Assembly: GCA_963713615.1 (NCBI GenBank)
Contig: CAVQMM010000001.1
Coordinates: 3,040,001-3,104,000, forward strand
Direction of reading: 5' to 3'
Length of the DNA stretch: 64,000 bases
From: an uncultured Chlamydiae bacterium
GTDB taxonomy: Bacteria > Chlamydiota > Chlamydiia > Chlamydiales > JAJFMA01
In this document: piece after piece, positions 42,859 through 53,176 of the stretch
Layout: the number at the start of each line of letters is the position of its first letter
Position numbering within the stretch: position 1 is the first letter of the stretch
Translations under genes and position numbers: made by a program
The notes under the pieces: model-generated
Told to the model about the DNA's origin: nothing
The model's database searches: none
Seen by the model: the letters and a program-made list of their open reading frames with translations, nothing else

Positions 42859-43969
42859 TGAAACAGGAATTGCCGTTGAAAGCTATCGTTATAGTGCATT
42901 TGGGGAACTTAAAATTTACGATGCGGCCAATATTGCTCAAGCGTACTCTACAATCGCTAACCCATGGCTATTCGCTAGTAAGCGTCTCGATTCGCATACA
43001 GGTTTATTCCAATTTGGCAAGCGCGACTACGATACTTCGATAGGACGCTGGCTAACACCCGATCCACAAGGCTTTTCAGACGGACCCAACCTCTATGCTT
43101 ATGTGCACAATATTCCGTTGACCCTCATAGACCCTTGGTGACTCAGTGCTCTGTATGACCGAAATAAAGCGACGGATAGTGGGCGAAAGACCAGCACTTC
43201 AAGGAACTGGGAATCACGCAGAGACAGCGTTCAAAGGGAGTCCACATATTCAAACTCTCATACATCAAGCGCTTGTAAGGGGATATGTGCCGGTATAGCA
43301 GATTTTGGGTTGTCCGTTTGTCATAGCTTCTGCGATTGTTTCTGCAATGTTGGACTATGGGATTCAGAATGTCCATCCGAGGAAAAGTGTGCTATCAGGG
43401 ATTGTATCGACCAAACGCAGGAAACACATCGGCACTCCTTTGAGCAAGGGACGATGAATTTCTTGGGTATTGATCCCTCCGATATGACTTACCAAAATTA
43501 TCGCTATAGTGCTACAATAGCCTGTGAGGCAGTAGCCCTAGTATCGGGTGGATGGGGCTTAGCAAAGTTAGGCTGGTCTGTTGGAAAATTCGCTATAAGA
43601 GGAATCTCTACAACATTACCAAAGTTACCAGTAACGCTAAACCGCTTTCACTTCAATGCCAGCCAGCTTTCCCCCACCGCCCAAAACAATATTCGCATAC
43701 TACGCGGCTGGGCCAAAAGCAAAGGATGGGAAAAATTACCAAATCCTCAGGGTGTACCGGAAAAGTGGGGTGTTTATGCAAATGAAAAATTTCAGTGGAA
43801 TTTGATCATAAAACCTGAAGCCAGTTTTCGACCAAACCTTGAGGCAGGAAGCCAACTTCCCAGATTTGACGCGCGCCTTAGTAAAGGAAATTATGTAAAC
43901 CCATTTACTGGAGAACGCGGTGGGGTGCAGTTAGGAACACATCTTCCATTGAACACAAACTGGTTTTGA
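42859..43969 (+). pseudogene. Orphan RHS core end + toxin, allele C
   Basis: Repeat of the core end. GGA>TGA at 43139-43141 inside the DPWG motif. Intact divergent tip. Confidence 0.85.
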
Positions 43970-43984
43970 GGAATGGGGAATATC

Positions 43985-44308
43985 ATGGTTGATAGAGTAG
44001 CCCTTTTGATTGAAGTCCTTTTTGATCCCACGGCACGCGAAGATGAACGTCACGATGCTGTAATGGACCTTGGGCGTTATGCGGACGAAAGGGGATTGAA
44101 GGCTCTGGTCCGAGTAGGATCCAATGCCTCGGAAGAGGATATAATATTAGATTCGTGCGGAGAATCAGTAGCGGAAATCCTGGTCAGCCGTGATGAGTTT
44201 AGAAAAGATGTTATCAATAAATTAGCTCCCTTCGCGCGCGATGTTGCATTAAACATTATTCAACAGCGTAAACCTCAGTGGTTGGAAGGGGAGAGGGGGC
44301 AGACGTGA
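43985..44308 (+). CDS. HEAT-like immunity protein C
   Basis: LFDPTAREDERHDAVMDLG...GESVAEIL. Confidence 0.85.
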   Translation: MVDRVALLIEVLFDPTAREDERHDAVMDLGRYADERGLKALVRVGSNASEEDIILDSCGESVAEILVSRDEFRKDVINKLAPFARDVALNIIQQRKPQWLEGERGQT

Positions 44309-44396
44309 CTTATTGACATGTCGTTGCAGAAGACTGTTTAAGCGTTGGGTGAAGCTGAATCAGGCAAAAAATCAACAAGTCACGACTAACCCCTCG

Positions 44397-45610
44397 CAGA
44401 GCTCGGCGCTGCCATTGCATTAGAGCTAAATCAGAAAGTCTATGCGCCTACTCATGACCATCGAGGAAACGTCTGCTGCCTCGTGGACAGTGAAACAGGC
44501 ATTGCCGTTGAAAGCTATCGTTATAGTGCATTTGGGGAACTTAAAATTTACGATTCCGCCATTGTTGCTCAAGCGTACTCTACAATCGCTAACCCATGGT
44601 TATTCGCTAGTAAGCGTCTCGATTCGCATACAGGGTTATTCCAATTTGGCAAGCGCGACTATGATACTTCGATAGGACGTTGGCTAACACCCGATCCACA
44701 AGGCTTTTCAGACGGACCCAACCTCTACGCCTATGTGCACAATAATCCGTTGACCCTTATAGACCCTTGGGGACTCAGTGCTCTGTATGACCGAAATAAA
44801 GCGGCGGACAGTGGGCGAAAGACCAGCACTTCAAGGAACTGGGAATCACGCAGAGACAGCGTTCAAAGAGAGTCCACATATTCAAACTCTCATACATCAA
44901 GTGCTTGTAAGGGGATATGTGCCGGTATAGCAGATTTTGGGTTATCCGTTTGTCATAGCTTTTGCGATTGTTTCTGCAATATAGGCCTATGGGATTCAGA
45001 ATGTCCATCCGAGGAAAAGTGTGCTATCAGGGATTGTATCGACCAAACGCAGGAAACACATCGGCAATCCTTTGAGCAAGGGACGATGAATTTCTTGGGT
45101 ATTGATCCCTCCGATATGACTTACCAAAATTATCGCTATGGTGCTACGATAGCCTGTGAGGCAGTAGCCCTAGTATCGGGTGGATGGGGCTTAGCAAAGT
45201 TAGGTTGGTCTGTTGGAAAATTCGCTATAAGAGGGGTCTATACAGCGTTACCAAAGTTACCAGTAACGTTAAACCGCTTTCACTTCAATGCCAGCCAGCT
45301 TTCCCCTACCGCCCAAAACAATATTCGTATACTACGCGGCTGGGCCAAAAGCAAAGGATGGGAAAAATTGCCTAACCCCCAAGGAGCACCAGAAAAATGG
45401 GGTGTTTATGTAGATGGAAAGTTTGAGTGGCGACTTAGTATAAAGCCTGAGGCAAGCTTTCGACCTAGATTAGAATCAGGTAGCTTGTTACCTAGATTTG
45501 ATGCGAGACTAGAGTCTATTGGAGGAAATCACTACATTAACCCTTTTTCCGCTCAGATAGGTGGAAAGGATATTGGAAGGCATCTTTCACTGAATGACGT
45601 TTATTGGTAA
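44397..45610 (+). CDS. Orphan RHS core end + toxin, allele D (no native start)
   Basis: Starts at AELGAAIALEL, DPWGL, divergent tip ending GRHLSLNDVYW. Confidence 0.82.
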
Positions 45611-45622
45611 AAAAGGTTCTTT

Positions 45623-45934
45623 ATGTCAGATAAGGTCGATGGCTTAATTGAAATTCTCCTTGATCCTCAAGCGCGTGAAGATGAACGGGATGATGCTGCG
45701 TCTTATCTTGGGAAATATGATGATGCTAAAGCATTAAATGCGCTAGTTAAGGTTGGATCTAGTCCTTTGGTAGAGGATATGGTTCTAGACTCTTGTGGTG
45801 AATCCATTGCAGAAATTCTGGTTAGACGAAATCAGTTTAACAAGCACATTATTGACTTGCTCGTTCCAACGGCACGAAGAGCTGCCTGCGCAGTGATTCA
45901 AGGTCAAAAACCTGAATGGTTACAAGAGTTCTAG
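45623..45934 (+). CDS. HEAT-like immunity protein D
   Basis: LLDPQAREDERDDAASYLG...GESIAEIL. Confidence 0.85.
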   Translation: MSDKVDGLIEILLDPQAREDERDDAASYLGKYDDAKALNALVKVGSSPLVEDMVLDSCGESIAEILVRRNQFNKHIIDLLVPTARRAACAVIQGQKPEWLQEF

Positions 45935-46012
45935 CTTTATGTGAGGGGTTAGACGTAGATTTGATCCTTGGACAGGTCTAATTCAGTTTGGTAAGTGAGA
46001 CTACAATACCAA

Positions 46013-47728
46013 CCTCATTTCCCGTGAAAATTGTAACTAGGTCTGGCCCGGCAACGCAATTTTTAGACCCTGTAAAATTTCCCTCTGTGGTTTTGTAACC
46101 TCGGTGAGGATATGGCCGTACTTACCAGAATACTTTATTTTAGTCAGTGTATCCATTTCTTGTAGAAGCTCCCGAACCGTGTATCGTTTAATAAGACCAG
46201 ACTGTCTCATTTCTTTGCGCAGAGCGCTCATGTAAATAAGGGCAATGAATTGCACAAAAAGCCTGCCATCAACAGTTGCTGAACTATGCATGCGTAAGCG
46301 TTTCATATCCAACTGATTTTTCAGGTCATCAAAGCACTTTTCTACCACATCTTTGTCTCGGTAGATTTGCAAGGACTCCACCGGATCCTTAATACTATTG
46401 GTCAACAGCGCTTGGAATCCAGCATAGCGGTTGATGTACTGACTCACAGCTTGATCATTGTACGAGACTCGTATGCCTCGCTTGCGGGTGGTCTTTATCA
46501 CAAAAAATGCGTCGTACGCATCTTGATGCGCGTTAATCAAATCTCCTGATTCCAGTTCCTTCTTATACCCAACCAATTCTTCAGTAAACTGATCGACGGC
46601 GGTGGCTCGTGCATGAGCATTGTAGTAGAGGTGTAGATAGCAGCGACGCTTGTCATCCCCCCATGGGTACAGACGAGAGTGAACATATAGGATCTCATTA
46701 TCAAGCTTTTGGTATCCCTCAGGCCCATGGATCACCCCATAAATGTCATTTATAGCGAGTTGTACCCACTTGTTCTTCAGAGGGATTGATAGAGTAAATC
46801 TGTCCCTGGCAGCAAGCAGGTGATCAACATTTTTTTTGCTGTAGAACCCTTTGTCCATCACGTAGTGAAGTTTCTTTATCTCCAGAGCTTTGAAGGTCTT
46901 CAAGAGGTTGTGTAATGTAGTCACATCGGTGATGTTGCCCGGAGTCCGTTCGAAATACACTGGCAAACGTCCCTTCTGGCCGAAGAGTATGGCAAGATTC
47001 AGCTGTGGTAACTTATCCAGGTCGCGGTTGTGGCCGTATTTGATGTATTCATTGAGCTCAGAATATGAGGAAATAGAAGTGATGTCGTAACAGAGATAAT
47101 CATCCTCTAACACTTTATTCATCCACTTGGTGAAAAAGGTTTGCTTCTTATCGATGCTAATGGCGCCAAGGATTTCGCTAATCCTCTGGCTGGTTAAGCA
47201 CTCAACGGAAGGCACATGGTTCTTGCACCATGTCCCGCAATAGCTCAGAGGCCCTCCTTGAATGGCAAGATAATAGGCCATTGCCTGAATCTGTTGGTAC
47301 TCCTGAGGGAAGCAAGACCTCAACAACTGTTTCAGGCCTAACTGCTCGGTAATAGCATCGAGCACGATCGAAGGTCCCACAACTTCAGCAGATGCAGTGA
47401 CCGCGGGATCTCGAATGACTGCCTGTTCAGGTTTAAGACGCTTGGAGGGAATGAACTCTCCGGTGACTGGATCGAGCTTACCCACACACACTTGCTTATT
47501 ACGAGACTGTTTTTTCTCTTTATCCCAGAATGAGGTGTATTCGTATACGTAGGTAACGCCGGTAGTCTTGTTTATATGGTTGACTCTGCATGGCATACAC
47601 TATTTCCTTCCTTAAATCGTTACAATTGTAACGATGAAAAATGAAAAAATCCAGCATAAAATGTGCGCAACAGGCTTTTTTTTAGTGAATTACGACAGAC
47701 CTAGTTACAATTTTCGCGGGAAATGAGG
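46013..47728 (-). mobile_element. IS1634-family element
   Basis: 33-bp IRs CCTCATTTCCCG(T/C)GAAAATTGTAACTAGGTCTG and a 7-bp target duplication ATACCAA. Confidence 0.92.
46037..47596 (-). CDS. IS1634-family DDE transposase
   Basis: YDITSISSYS, GHNRD...QLNL, VMDKGFYS and YRDKDVVEKCFDDLKN. Confidence 0.93.
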   Translation of the reverse strand: MPCRVNHINKTTGVTYVYEYTSFWDKEKKQSRNKQVCVGKLDPVTGEFIPSKRLKPEQAVIRDPAVTASAEVVGPSIVLDAITEQLGLKQLLRSCFPQEYQQIQAMAYYLAIQGGPLSYCGTWCKNHVPSVECLTSQRISEILGAISIDKKQTFFTKWMNKVLEDDYLCYDITSISSYSELNEYIKYGHNRDLDKLPQLNLAILFGQKGRLPVYFERTPGNITDVTTLHNLLKTFKALEIKKLHYVMDKGFYSKKNVDHLLAARDRFTLSIPLKNKWVQLAINDIYGVIHGPEGYQKLDNEILYVHSRLYPWGDDKRRCYLHLYYNAHARATAVDQFTEELVGYKKELESGDLINAHQDAYDAFFVIKTTRKRGIRVSYNDQAVSQYINRYAGFQALLTNSIKDPVESLQIYRDKDVVEKCFDDLKNQLDMKRLRMHSSATVDGRLFVQFIALIYMSALRKEMRQSGLIKRYTVRELLQEMDTLTKIKYSGKYGHILTEVTKPQREILQGLKIALPGQT

Positions 47729-48663
47729 ATACCAAGCTAGGATGTTAGTTCACGCTGGATCTCGCAGGATTCACCTTAATCCAAAGGAAATTAGGGCCCA
47801 TGGAGAATGGGCCACATCACTTAGCTCACAGACTCGACTTTAGGAATTTTTAGCATAAAAAAGGCAGATCAGTATCTTAAATCTTTTTTCTTACCACAGA
47901 CAAAGGATTTATGATGGCCGATCTGCCTGCAGCGATTTTACATGTTTTTGCTATGTTTGCACCACTATTTTCAAGGCCCGTCTACTACAATGCCTTTCAG
48001 CTATTTCTAGGGCATATTTTATGTAAAGGTCGCAGAACAATTGCTGATATTTTGCGTTGCATTGGCCTGAGGGACGTTAAAAATTTTTCAAAATTTCATT
48101 GGGTCTTAAATGGAGCAAAATGGAACTGTCTTGAAGGTTCCAAAATTATTTTTATGCAATTAATTCGTTTTGTTCCTTTTAACGATGAAATTACCCTTAA
48201 CATTGACTCAACCCTTGAACGACGTAAAGGGCCCAAAATTCAGGGTCTTGGACGACACAGAGACGCAGCTAGGTCCACAAAAAACAACAAGATTTTGAGT
48301 ATCGGCTTAAACTGGCTTGTGGCAGCCTTGAGCATTAGGTTACCATTTACAAAAGCAAAATGTGTACGGCGACAGTGATGATGGCACCTCGGCGACACGC
48401 AGTTGGCACCTTCCATCACCGCCCGGCGTCAGCGAGTTGGCACCTTCCATCACCGACTGACGACAACCTCCTGGCACCTCCTCCATCACCGACCCGCGAC
48501 ACGCGGTTGGCACCTCCCATCACCGCCCGACGACAGTCGGTTGGCACCTAAAAACAGGCCAGAATCACCCGGGCCCAGATCCTTCTCGTCTGAAGTCCTT
48601 TCTTGGGAGCTTGCAAGAGAGCATTTAGAATGCTGACGTCCCCAAACTTAAGCGAGAGTTAGG

Positions 48664-50160
48664 ATGTCAAATAGAATTACGAAAGAACAATTGAGGTTGT
48701 ATATGCAAATTAGAAACGGTGGCAGCATGCAGGCCACTGCCGCTGCCAAAGCGGGTATTAGTACGCGAAGCGCTAAGCGCTTCGAGAAAGGCACTCATAT
48801 CAAGGAGTATCGCTCCAAATCTGGATCTTCATCAGACCCCTTCGCGAAAGTCTGGAGGACCGAGTTCGTTCCCCTGTTGGAAAGAGATCCGTTCCTAACG
48901 CCCATTACCTTAATGCGGGATCTCCAGGAACGCTATCCACAGGAATATCCCGACAGCCTACTTAGAACCCTACAAAGAAGGGTTCGGCAATGGAAAGCAC
49001 TCCATGGAAGGGAGAAGGAACGGATCTTTCGGCAAAACCACCCTCCCGGTTTTCAGGGCATTTCTGACTTTACCAACTGCAATGAACTGCATGTAACAAT
49101 AGAGGGTACTTCGCTTCCTCATTTGCTGTATCATTTCAGGGTTCCATTCAGCGGCTGGGCATATGCCTTTGTCATTCTGGGAGGAGAGTCCCATGTAGCT
49201 CTCTCTGCAGGTTTTCAAAATGCGTTATGGGAGCTAGGTGGGGTACCTGAAACCCATCGTACCGATAGTCTTTCAGCGGCATATAAAAATCTAAATGAAT
49301 CAGCAAGAGAGGACCTTACAAACGCGTACAATGAAATGTGCGCACACTATGATGTAAAGCCCACGCGAAACAATAAAGGAGTAAAGCATGAAAATGGCAG
49401 TATTGAAAGTTCGCACAGACATCTTAAAAATAAAATCGATCAAAAGCTGCGCCTGAGGGGTTCTAGAGACTTTTCCTCACTGCAAGAGTATCGAAACTTT
49501 GTCGATGAAATTGTTAAAAGTGACAATTCGCGACGTCAGGCTGAAGTAGCTGAAGAACGAAAGCACCTAAAGCCTCTCCCAAAACATAAGGTAGGCAGTC
49601 ACGATATAGAAAACGTCGGTGTTCCTACCACGGGCATCATAACCGTACGACAGGCATATTATGCAGTGCCTTCGCGCTTGATAGGTCATACGTTAACGGT
49701 ACACGTTCATGACGACCGATTAGAGTGTTTTCATGCAGCCTCTCATATCATTACTTTTCCGCGATTACGTTGGAGCAAGACGGGTCCTCGCCCAAGAAAC
49801 ATCGACTATCGCCATGTCATTCCTGAGCTTGTCCGCAAGCCTCAAGCGTTTCGACACTACATCTTTAGAGATGATTTATTTCCCAGCGATGAATTTCGCC
49901 AGGCTTGGGTGTTACTGGATGCGCGGCTTGATGAGCGTATGGCATGTAAGGAAATGGTGAGGATCTTAAAGCTGGCTGCAGACGGTCACCAGCAACAAAT
50001 TGCAGCCGAGCTTCGAAAGGCACTAAACGAGCAACGCATACCAAGCTTTGAAGAGCTACAGCAACACTTTAAGGAAGCGAAGCACGTTGTCCCTCTGGTA
50101 GAGATTGAACAACACGATCTTGGCTCATACGACGAGCTGTTAAAGCACGCCACATTATAA
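48664..50160 (+). CDS. istA: IS21 transposase IstA
   Basis: LRTLQRRVRQWKA, SDFT, HRTDSLSAA, HENGSIES and YAVPSRLIG. Confidence 0.96.
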   Translation: MSNRITKEQLRLYMQIRNGGSMQATAAAKAGISTRSAKRFEKGTHIKEYRSKSGSSSDPFAKVWRTEFVPLLERDPFLTPITLMRDLQERYPQEYPDSLLRTLQRRVRQWKALHGREKERIFRQNHPPGFQGISDFTNCNELHVTIEGTSLPHLLYHFRVPFSGWAYAFVILGGESHVALSAGFQNALWELGGVPETHRTDSLSAAYKNLNESAREDLTNAYNEMCAHYDVKPTRNNKGVKHENGSIESSHRHLKNKIDQKLRLRGSRDFSSLQEYRNFVDEIVKSDNSRRQAEVAEERKHLKPLPKHKVGSHDIENVGVPTTGIITVRQAYYAVPSRLIGHTLTVHVHDDRLECFHAASHIITFPRLRWSKTGPRPRNIDYRHVIPELVRKPQAFRHYIFRDDLFPSDEFRQAWVLLDARLDERMACKEMVRILKLAADGHQQQIAAELRKALNEQRIPSFEELQQHFKEAKHVVPLVEIEQHDLGSYDELLKHATL

Positions 50161-50176
50161 ATTTAGGAGAAGATTC

Positions 50177-51001
50177 ATGGTTACAAAAGAAGAAGCAGTA
50201 CTACCGATACTACTCAAGCAGCTTCGCCTGCCAACAATGGCCGCTTTGTGGGAAGAAATGAGTCATCAAGCGGACCTTGAAGGGTGGGGAAGCGCCAAAT
50301 GCCTGAAAGTCTTGTGTGAACACGAATTAACAGGAAGAACGGATCGTCGTATGATCAGGCACCTGAAGGAATCCTGCCTGCCCCTAGGTAAAACACTTAC
50401 AGACTTCGACTTCAAAGTGACATCGCTCAATAAGACGTTGATTTGTACATTAGCCTCAGGTGGGAACTGGCTACGCGAGGGCAGAAACATTCTGATTTTT
50501 GGCCCCTCAGGAGTTGGTAAAACACATCTGGCAGCTGCAATTGGAGCGGGACTCTTAGAGCACAAGTTCCGTGTTTTGTTCATGCGTACCACCGAGCTCA
50601 TTCAAAGGCTTCAAGCCTCAAAACAGGCCCTGACGCTACCGACAACGCTAGCAAAGCTGGATAAATATGATTGTTTGATTTTAGACGATTTTGGCTATGC
50701 CAACAAGGATCTCATGGAAACAAATGTTCTCTTTGAGCTGATCTCAGAGCGATATGAGCGAAAGAGCCTGATCATAACATGTAATCAGCCATTCAGTGAA
50801 TGGACCAACATATTTCAAGATAAAGCTATGGCGGTGGCCGCAATAGACAGGCTGGTACATGACGCTCAAATTATCCAGATCAACGGCGAAAGTTATCGCA
50901 GGAACAGCTTGTCAGCTAAAGCAAGAGCCAGTGTGACCGACCAGGATCGGGCGAAAACATTGAGTACTTGCATGAATCAAGAAATACAAGATTCGAGGTA
51001 A
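50177..51001 (+). CDS. istB: IS21 helper ATPase IstB
   Basis: GPSGVGKTHLA, LILDDFGY and AAIDRLVH. Confidence 0.97.
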   Translation: MVTKEEAVLPILLKQLRLPTMAALWEEMSHQADLEGWGSAKCLKVLCEHELTGRTDRRMIRHLKESCLPLGKTLTDFDFKVTSLNKTLICTLASGGNWLREGRNILIFGPSGVGKTHLAAAIGAGLLEHKFRVLFMRTTELIQRLQASKQALTLPTTLAKLDKYDCLILDDFGYANKDLMETNVLFELISERYERKSLIITCNQPFSEWTNIFQDKAMAVAAIDRLVHDAQIIQINGESYRRNSLSAKARASVTDQDRAKTLSTCMNQEIQDSR

Positions 51002-51003
51002 AC

Positions 51004-51336
51004 ATGAAACATCATTCAGAAATACTTCTCAGTAGGGCTTTGGTTGAGGATTTACGAAATGCGGTGGCTGAGCTTGAGCGTAGAGCCGATAGCTCAATAG
51101 AAAACGCCCTAAGTGGAGACAGGACTTATGTGGCCCCATCTTTAGAGGTGCGAGAAGGGATTTTTCAGCTATTGGCCCTAGTAGCTGGCTTGGAGGAAGA
51201 TCTACGTAGACGTTTTAGAGAACTTGTTGCAGAATATCTGGAACAGATCTATGCCTTTCATGCAAAATTGGAGGAAGACTTGGAAGCTCCGGAGGGTAGC
51301 ACTAGAAAGACTATCGGAGACGATCCAGTGATCTGA
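51004..51336 (+). CDS. Acidic helical passenger protein inside IS21
   Basis: GAGGT RBS, ATG 2 bp after the istB stop, ends before the right TIR. Confidence 0.65.
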   Translation: MKHHSEILLSRALVEDLRNAVAELERRADSSIENALSGDRTYVAPSLEVREGIFQLLALVAGLEEDLRRRFRELVAEYLEQIYAFHAKLEEDLEAPEGSTRKTIGDDPVI

Positions 51337-52122
51337 GAAGAAATTAGAACAGATGGTCCATACTCGCCCTGCGGGTATGGACCGGGCTGGAAGGACTTCA
51401 GACGAGAAGGATCTGGGCCCGGGTGATTCTGGCCTGTTTTTAGGTGCCAACCGACTGTCGTCGGGCGGTGATGGGAGGTGCCAACCGCGTGTCGCGGGTC
51501 GGTGATGGAGGAGGTGCCAGGAGGTTGTCGTCAGTCGGTGATGGAAGGTGCCAACTCGCTGACGCCGGGCGGTGATGGAAGGTGCCAACTGCGTGTCGCC
51601 GAGGTGCCATCATCGCTGTCGCCGTACAAAAATGGTCATCGCCATTTTTAGCCATTCTAATGCCTCCCAAAAAGCCTTTGAGGTCATCAAAAAACACTAA
51701 AGACCTAACCAAAACATCCAAACATAAAAAAATGACCGACTGGGCTTGTCATGTGCCATCCCTACTACGTCGTTGGGTCGGAAAATCTAGGAAAATTACA
51801 ATTGTTGCAGATAGCGCTTTTGCTTGCTTCAAGTTTGCGCATGCCTGCATTAACCACCAGGTGAGCCTGATTTCCAGGCTTCGCTTGGATGCTAGGCTCT
51901 ATGATTTTATACCCATTAACCCAAGGGTAAAGAGGAAACGCGTCGTAGGAAAAGTGCTTCCAAAGCTATCAGTACTGGCGGAAAATCCTCTAAAAGAATG
52001 GGATGAGGCTACAGTAAGCTGGTATGGGGGTGTCACAAAAACGGTGTTTATTCAATCAGGAACGTGTCTGTGGTACTACATAGGGTTTTGTCCGGTTCCC
52101 ATTCGCTGGGTTCTAATTAAAG

Positions 52123-52282
52123 GGCCTTATTCACCTTTGCGGTCAGTTTTCGGTCGACTGCAAAAGGATCGTCTGTCGCGTTTTGCTCCTCGGACATAGC
52201 TGGCGCTATGCCCTCGTCACAAACCACGACATCCGACCTTTTTCGTCCGACCGAAATTCAGACCGTAAAGGTGAACAAGGCC
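52123..52282. mobile_element. 160-bp MITE
   Basis: TIR GGCCTT(A/G)TTCACCTTT(G/A)CGGTC and an 8-bp target duplication AATTAAAG. Confidence 0.92.
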
Positions 52283-52862
52283 AATTAAAGAAAGAGAGGA
52301 TTCAGCACCAGTTGCTCTGTTTAGTACCAACTTAAGCCACGATGCAACTCGAATAATTGAGGGATATGTGGAGCGGTGGCCCGAAGAAGTTACATTTGAA
52401 GAAGCTCGTCGTCATTTGGGCATGGAAACACGAAGACAATGGTCAGATGAAGCGATCGCGAGAACTACCCCCATAATTCTAGCGTCATTTTTAATAATAA
52501 CGTTAATGGGTTGGGAGCTTTCTCGGTCAAAAGGCGAGGAAATACGCCGCCAAAGTACATCGTGGTACAAAAAGGAGCATATTACGTTCTCAGATGTCCT
52601 AGCATACGTAAGAGAGGCCGTTATTCGAACGAAATATAGCCCTCTGGTCGGTAAAAAAGACGACCGGAGAAGAATGGATATAGAAGAATTCATCATGCAG
52701 ATGTCGGCTGCATGAAAACAGTCGTGAAACTCAAAAAATTCCTAAAGTCGAGTCTGTGTCCTCTATGGTGAAAACTCCCGATATTTTCAAGATAGCACTT
52801 GTATCAAAATAAGCATATTTGCAGTATGAGCCAAAACGTAGAGCACCTGGGGAGGAGCTATT

Positions 52863-53099
52863 ATGAAACGGTCTCATGCGAAACCGCAATATAGAACTGA
52901 GAACATTGGTGGTTACGATTGCCTCGTTTGGGATACCGTTGAAGACACCGAAAAAGTTCATGAATCCAAAGCATCTGCCGGCGATCGTTTGGAAAAAGAA
53001 TCTCATAATCAAAAGACTCTCCTTCGTCAAAATCTGAAGCTAGTAAACTTGCCAGCTTCCTCAGGACGTGCTAGTACATCGGCGCGTTCGGGTTTATAA
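52863..53099 (+). CDS. Small hypothetical protein
   Basis: GGAGGAG RBS before the ATG; 78 aa. Confidence 0.45.
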   Translation: MKRSHAKPQYRTENIGGYDCLVWDTVEDTEKVHESKASAGDRLEKESHNQKTLLRQNLKLVNLPASSGRASTSARSGL

Positions 53100-53176
53100 A
53101 GCATATATTTTTGCTAGTTTTTTGATTGGGTTTACGTTAAGATACCTCTCCTTATTAGGAACTTAAGGCGAGGAGC

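Larger units (their letters stand above)
48363..51628 (+). mobile_element. IS21-family element with 238-bp terminal inverted repeats and a third ORF
   Basis: TG...CA ends, 6-bp target duplication AAAATG, istA and istB. Confidence 0.95.
47911..52715 (+). pseudogene. IS701-like DDE transposase in three pieces
   Basis: IDSTLERRKG, VADSAFA, SRLRLDARLYD and RWPEEVTFEEARRHLG. Confidence 0.88.
47831..52755 (+). mobile_element. IS701-like element interrupted by IS21 and by a MITE
   Basis: IRs GACTCGACTTTAGGAATTTTT / AAAAATTCCTAAAGTCGAGTC. Transposase pieces at 47911-48362, 51635-52122 and 52291-52715 rejoin in frame. Confidence 0.85.

Noticed and set aside
38303..45375. Recurrent 63-152-aa alternative-frame and antisense ORFs in the RHS cassettes
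   Set aside because: They recur only because the underlying DNA is repeated.
37531..45610. Diversity-generating retroelement as the source of toxin variation
   Set aside because: No reverse transcriptase is present, and the variation includes indels and is not adenine-specific.
48380..48550. ~34-bp periodic TGGCACCTTCCATCACCG units (mirrored at 51440-51610) resembling a mini-CRISPR
   Set aside because: They lie within the IS21 terminal repeats, the 'spacers' are too short and similar, and they fit IstA binding sites.
51202..51721. ORFs spanning the IS21 ends (also 48360-48636)
   Set aside because: They are read-throughs of the GC-rich terminal repeats, identical on opposite strands.
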